Virus record (IMG/VR): IMGVR_UViG_3300028588_000788
Coordinates: 1-45,923 of that record
Reading direction: 5' to 3' (one strand)
DNA: 45,923 bases
Source: a virus
Taxonomy: Duplodnaviria; Caudoviricetes
A model generated the notes under the pieces. It did no database searches. It was not told the DNA's origin and saw only the letters and a list, made by a program, of their open reading frames with translations. The position numbers were made by a program, and so were the translations under genes. Of this stretch, positions 44,401 through 45,923 are shown one piece after another (position 1 is the first letter of the stretch; every line of letters begins with the position of its first letter).

Positions 44401-45923
44401 CCAGCCATCTGCTGCAATCGACGGATGTCACCAACCCGAACGTCAATCTGAACACCAACAACGGCATGCTCAGCACGGCGACCAGTGTGGGACTGACTGG
44501 CGCCGGCGCAGTGTTGGGCGCCACCGGCGCGGCGTGGACGGCGGCGGCCGGCAGTGGCATCGCCGCATCGGCACTCGGATCGCTCGGCGCCGCTGCCGGG
44601 CCGCTGGGGGCGATTGCCGGCGCGCTGGTCGGGGGCATTATCAGTAAGATCCCTCTGGTCAGCAATGCGCTGTCCAGCGTCTTCGGCGGCAAGCAAAGCC
44701 TTCAGGACTCCGGGTTCATGATGGACAAGGAGTCCCTGGCTTCGCTGTTGGCCACCGGCGCGAACGCCAAGACCTATGCCGACGTGAAAACCGATGGCGG
44801 CTGGTTCCATGGCGATAAGACCAAGACCCAGAGTACGGACTTGGATGCCGAGGCGAACCGCCAGTTCACCGGGATCATCGCCAGCATGGCTGACGGGATC
44901 AAGGCAGCCGGCGAGCTGCTGGGCGTGTCGGGCGCAGGCTTCAATGCGCAGCTCAACAGCTTCGTGGTCGACATCGGCAAGGTCAGCCTGAAGGGGCTGA
45001 GCGGGGACGACTTGCAGAAGGCGCTCGAATCGGTGTTTTCGAAGTTGGGCGACCAGATGGCGGCGTACGCCGTGGGCGGCCTGCAGCAGTTCCAGAAGGT
45101 CGGCGAGGGCTACCTCGAAACCCTGGTGCGGGTCGCTTCCGACTACGCCAAGGTGGACGCTTCGCTACAGTCGATCGGGATGACCTTCCGATCGGTTGGC
45201 GTGGCGTCGATCGGTGCACGTGAAAGCCTGATTGCCATGATGGGCGGCATCGACGAGTTCCAGAGCCAGACTGCCGGCTTCGCGTCCAACTTCCTCACGA
45301 AGGGCGAGCAGTTGGCGCCGGTGGCCAAGTACGTCGACCAGCAAATGGCGGCCCTGGGCTACGCCAGCATCACGACGCGGGACCAGTTCAAAGGCTTGGT
45401 GCTCAGCCTGGACCTGACCACCGCAGCTGGCCAAAAGCAGTATGCCGGCCTCATGGCGCTGCAGGAGGCGTTCGCAGCAACCCACGCGGCAGCCGTCGAC
45501 CTGAGCAAGACCGAGCAGGAAATCGCCGACGAGCGGAAGGACTGGCAAGACCAGCTCGACCAGTTGACGATGACCCAGGTGCAGCTGCTGCAAAAGCAGC
45601 GTAACGCGCTGGCCGAAGTCAATCGTCCATTGTTCGATCTGGTCCAGACGGCCCAGAAGCTGGCCGACACGGCGACCAACATGGACAAGTTTCGCGATGC
45701 AGCAAAGTCGATGAACGACAGCCTGTTGACCGGGAACCTGTCGGTGCTGACGCCGGAGGCTCAATACGCCGAGCTTCACGACCAGTACGAGAAGACGAAG
45801 GCCGCGGCGATGGCCGGCGACACCAAGGCACAGGACAGCGTGTTCAACGCCTTGAATGCTTGGCTGACCGCATCGCAGAAGCTCAACTCGGGCGACACGC
45901 AGTACCAGGCCGATTTCGCGGAA
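41478..45923 (+). CDS. Tail tape-measure protein (3' end outside the window; at least 1482 codons)
   Basis: Own translation MSDIVNTATIKVVADATGVEAGL...; Ala/Gly-rich and helical; absent from the ORF track, consistent with no stop inside the window. Confidence 0.92.
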   Translation, partial: MSDIVNTATIKVVADATGVEAGLRPVDDAVAKTGKNLENLGATAKSTGKVIDDIGRGPGLDPVGESAGAAAGKVDRATRNMSDSIQRAIQSQTALAAGAKGTAENYAALARVRGIDTSALKPLLDQLDAAKQKAELAADAQRRLDESTKFLADLKSRSEGIGKTASELAEMRAAQLGVADAAGPMIAKLKEAEKAGEGAFGKLGDMAGKLKGAVLGVAAGLAAAAVAGGALVNNAIDDLAQLDDMAQKTGASIENLSKIQKLVVVFGPDMSAIDGALIKLSKGMATVDDETNKTQKALRALGVSWKDSSGNLRDPTLVLVDAAKKLQDYSDSAGKTALMNDMIKGSGAELLPLLNDLAENFDKVGGVSEDATSGAAGFQDQLGWMKLRFKELFTTIAIDALPALSDLAGAFLDVYNGQSDLSKPDTKKWADDLGLGIAQASDAAVILGRSLATIWNSMKAVRADISLMSTVYENANPLKAGLKVLNGGSPNADIKKAMAERNKIVEDANVALEEMLNRPIGQFEQAYLARVAARGKGESDSTGSTPKPKIDYTTGNDPDAKKAEAAIKKEAEAYATLTAAIKEKVEQNNLEALVGKDANEAQKLQIKFDQELLSGKLKLSDAHKKETQDLLTKLGVQEQLKEESKFYLDQLNQQLQTGGAAIKAAEDEADKNEELVRTFGLSKTAIEQLTLARLEEKLAQADTSKGYTVEISQLEMLIAAKKRSIGALSQLDDLGEAKKAADDLDKFLDPSKALSFGDALRTAFGSVGDSIGKMTGALQNYGIKQAEIEKQRGNAALAYLNNQKTEAEYLADVDQLNRRNVQNQLGGYGDMASAAAGFFDEHSRGYQTLMAVSQVFHAAELAMTMAELVPKAISAVLTQGSGDPYTAFGRMAAMAAIVAGLGVAIGGIGGGSDTTAKDRQAAQGTGTVLGSSTAKSESISRAVQLAAANSSTQIDYLSGMLTSLRAIESGIGSFASHLLQSTDVTNPNVNLNTNNGMLSTATSVGLTGAGAVLGATGAAWTAAAGSGIAASALGSLGAAAGPLGAIAGALVGGIISKIPLVSNALSSVFGGKQSLQDSGFMMDKESLASLLATGANAKTYADVKTDGGWFHGDKTKTQSTDLDAEANRQFTGIIASMADGIKAAGELLGVSGAGFNAQLNSFVVDIGKVSLKGLSGDDLQKALESVFSKLGDQMAAYAVGGLQQFQKVGEGYLETLVRVASDYAKVDASLQSIGMTFRSVGVASIGARESLIAMMGGIDEFQSQTAGFASNFLTKGEQLAPVAKYVDQQMAALGYASITTRDQFKGLVLSLDLTTAAGQKQYAGLMALQEAFAATHAAAVDLSKTEQEIADERKDWQDQLDQLTMTQVQLLQKQRNALAEVNRPLFDLVQTAQKLADTATNMDKFRDAAKSMNDSLLTGNLSVLTPEAQYAELHDQYEKTKAAAMAGDTKAQDSVFNALNAWLTASQKLNSGDTQYQADFAE

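Larger units (their letters stand above)
1..45923. mobile_element. Temperate lambdoid/HK97-like prophage (continues beyond the right edge; att sites not visible)
   Basis: Gene order is integrase, early-left, cI/cro, early-right, Q, terminase, portal, protease, capsid, neck, tail, tape measure. Confidence 0.97.

Noticed and set aside
1-45923. CRISPR array, IS element, DGR/retron RT, attL/attR
   Set aside because: No regularly spaced repeats, transposase or RT motifs were seen; the window starts at the integrase stop, so att lies outside

Overview
The window is the left ~46 kb of a GC-rich temperate lambdoid/HK97-like siphovirus prophage. The host is probably a betaproteobacterium (Oxalobacteraceae/Massilia-like), inferred from gene content only. 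It starts at the stop codon of a tyrosine integrase. It then runs through a leftward early operon (xis-like, J-domain, Ead-like, DUF551, RdgC, vWA), an accessory island between the left operators and cI, the cI/cro switch, and a long rightward early operon (CII-like, beta-clamp-like, PAPS-reductase-like, ASCH-like, HNH, Ref, SNF2-methyltransferase fusion, Rha/KilAC, dATP/dGTP diphosphohydrolase, RusA, Q-like). The late region holds HNH-terminase-portal-ClpP-capsid, a GH28-like beta-helix gene in the head module, and neck/tail genes. The window ends inside the tape-measure gene. Best leads: (1) an orphan PemK/MazF-type toxin whose last codons contain a sigma70 promoter for a ~115-nt structured, terminator-bounded RNA, a candidate RNA-antitoxin (type III-like) system; (2) a repressor with no autocleavage domain facing a small gene preceded by a LexA box, which resembles the repressor C-terminal helices (candidate SOS antirepressor); (3) five 17-bp operators at 24-bp spacing; (4) an origin-like non-coding region; (5) a tRNA-like RNA in the late leader. 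All family assignments come from motif recognition by eye, not database searches.
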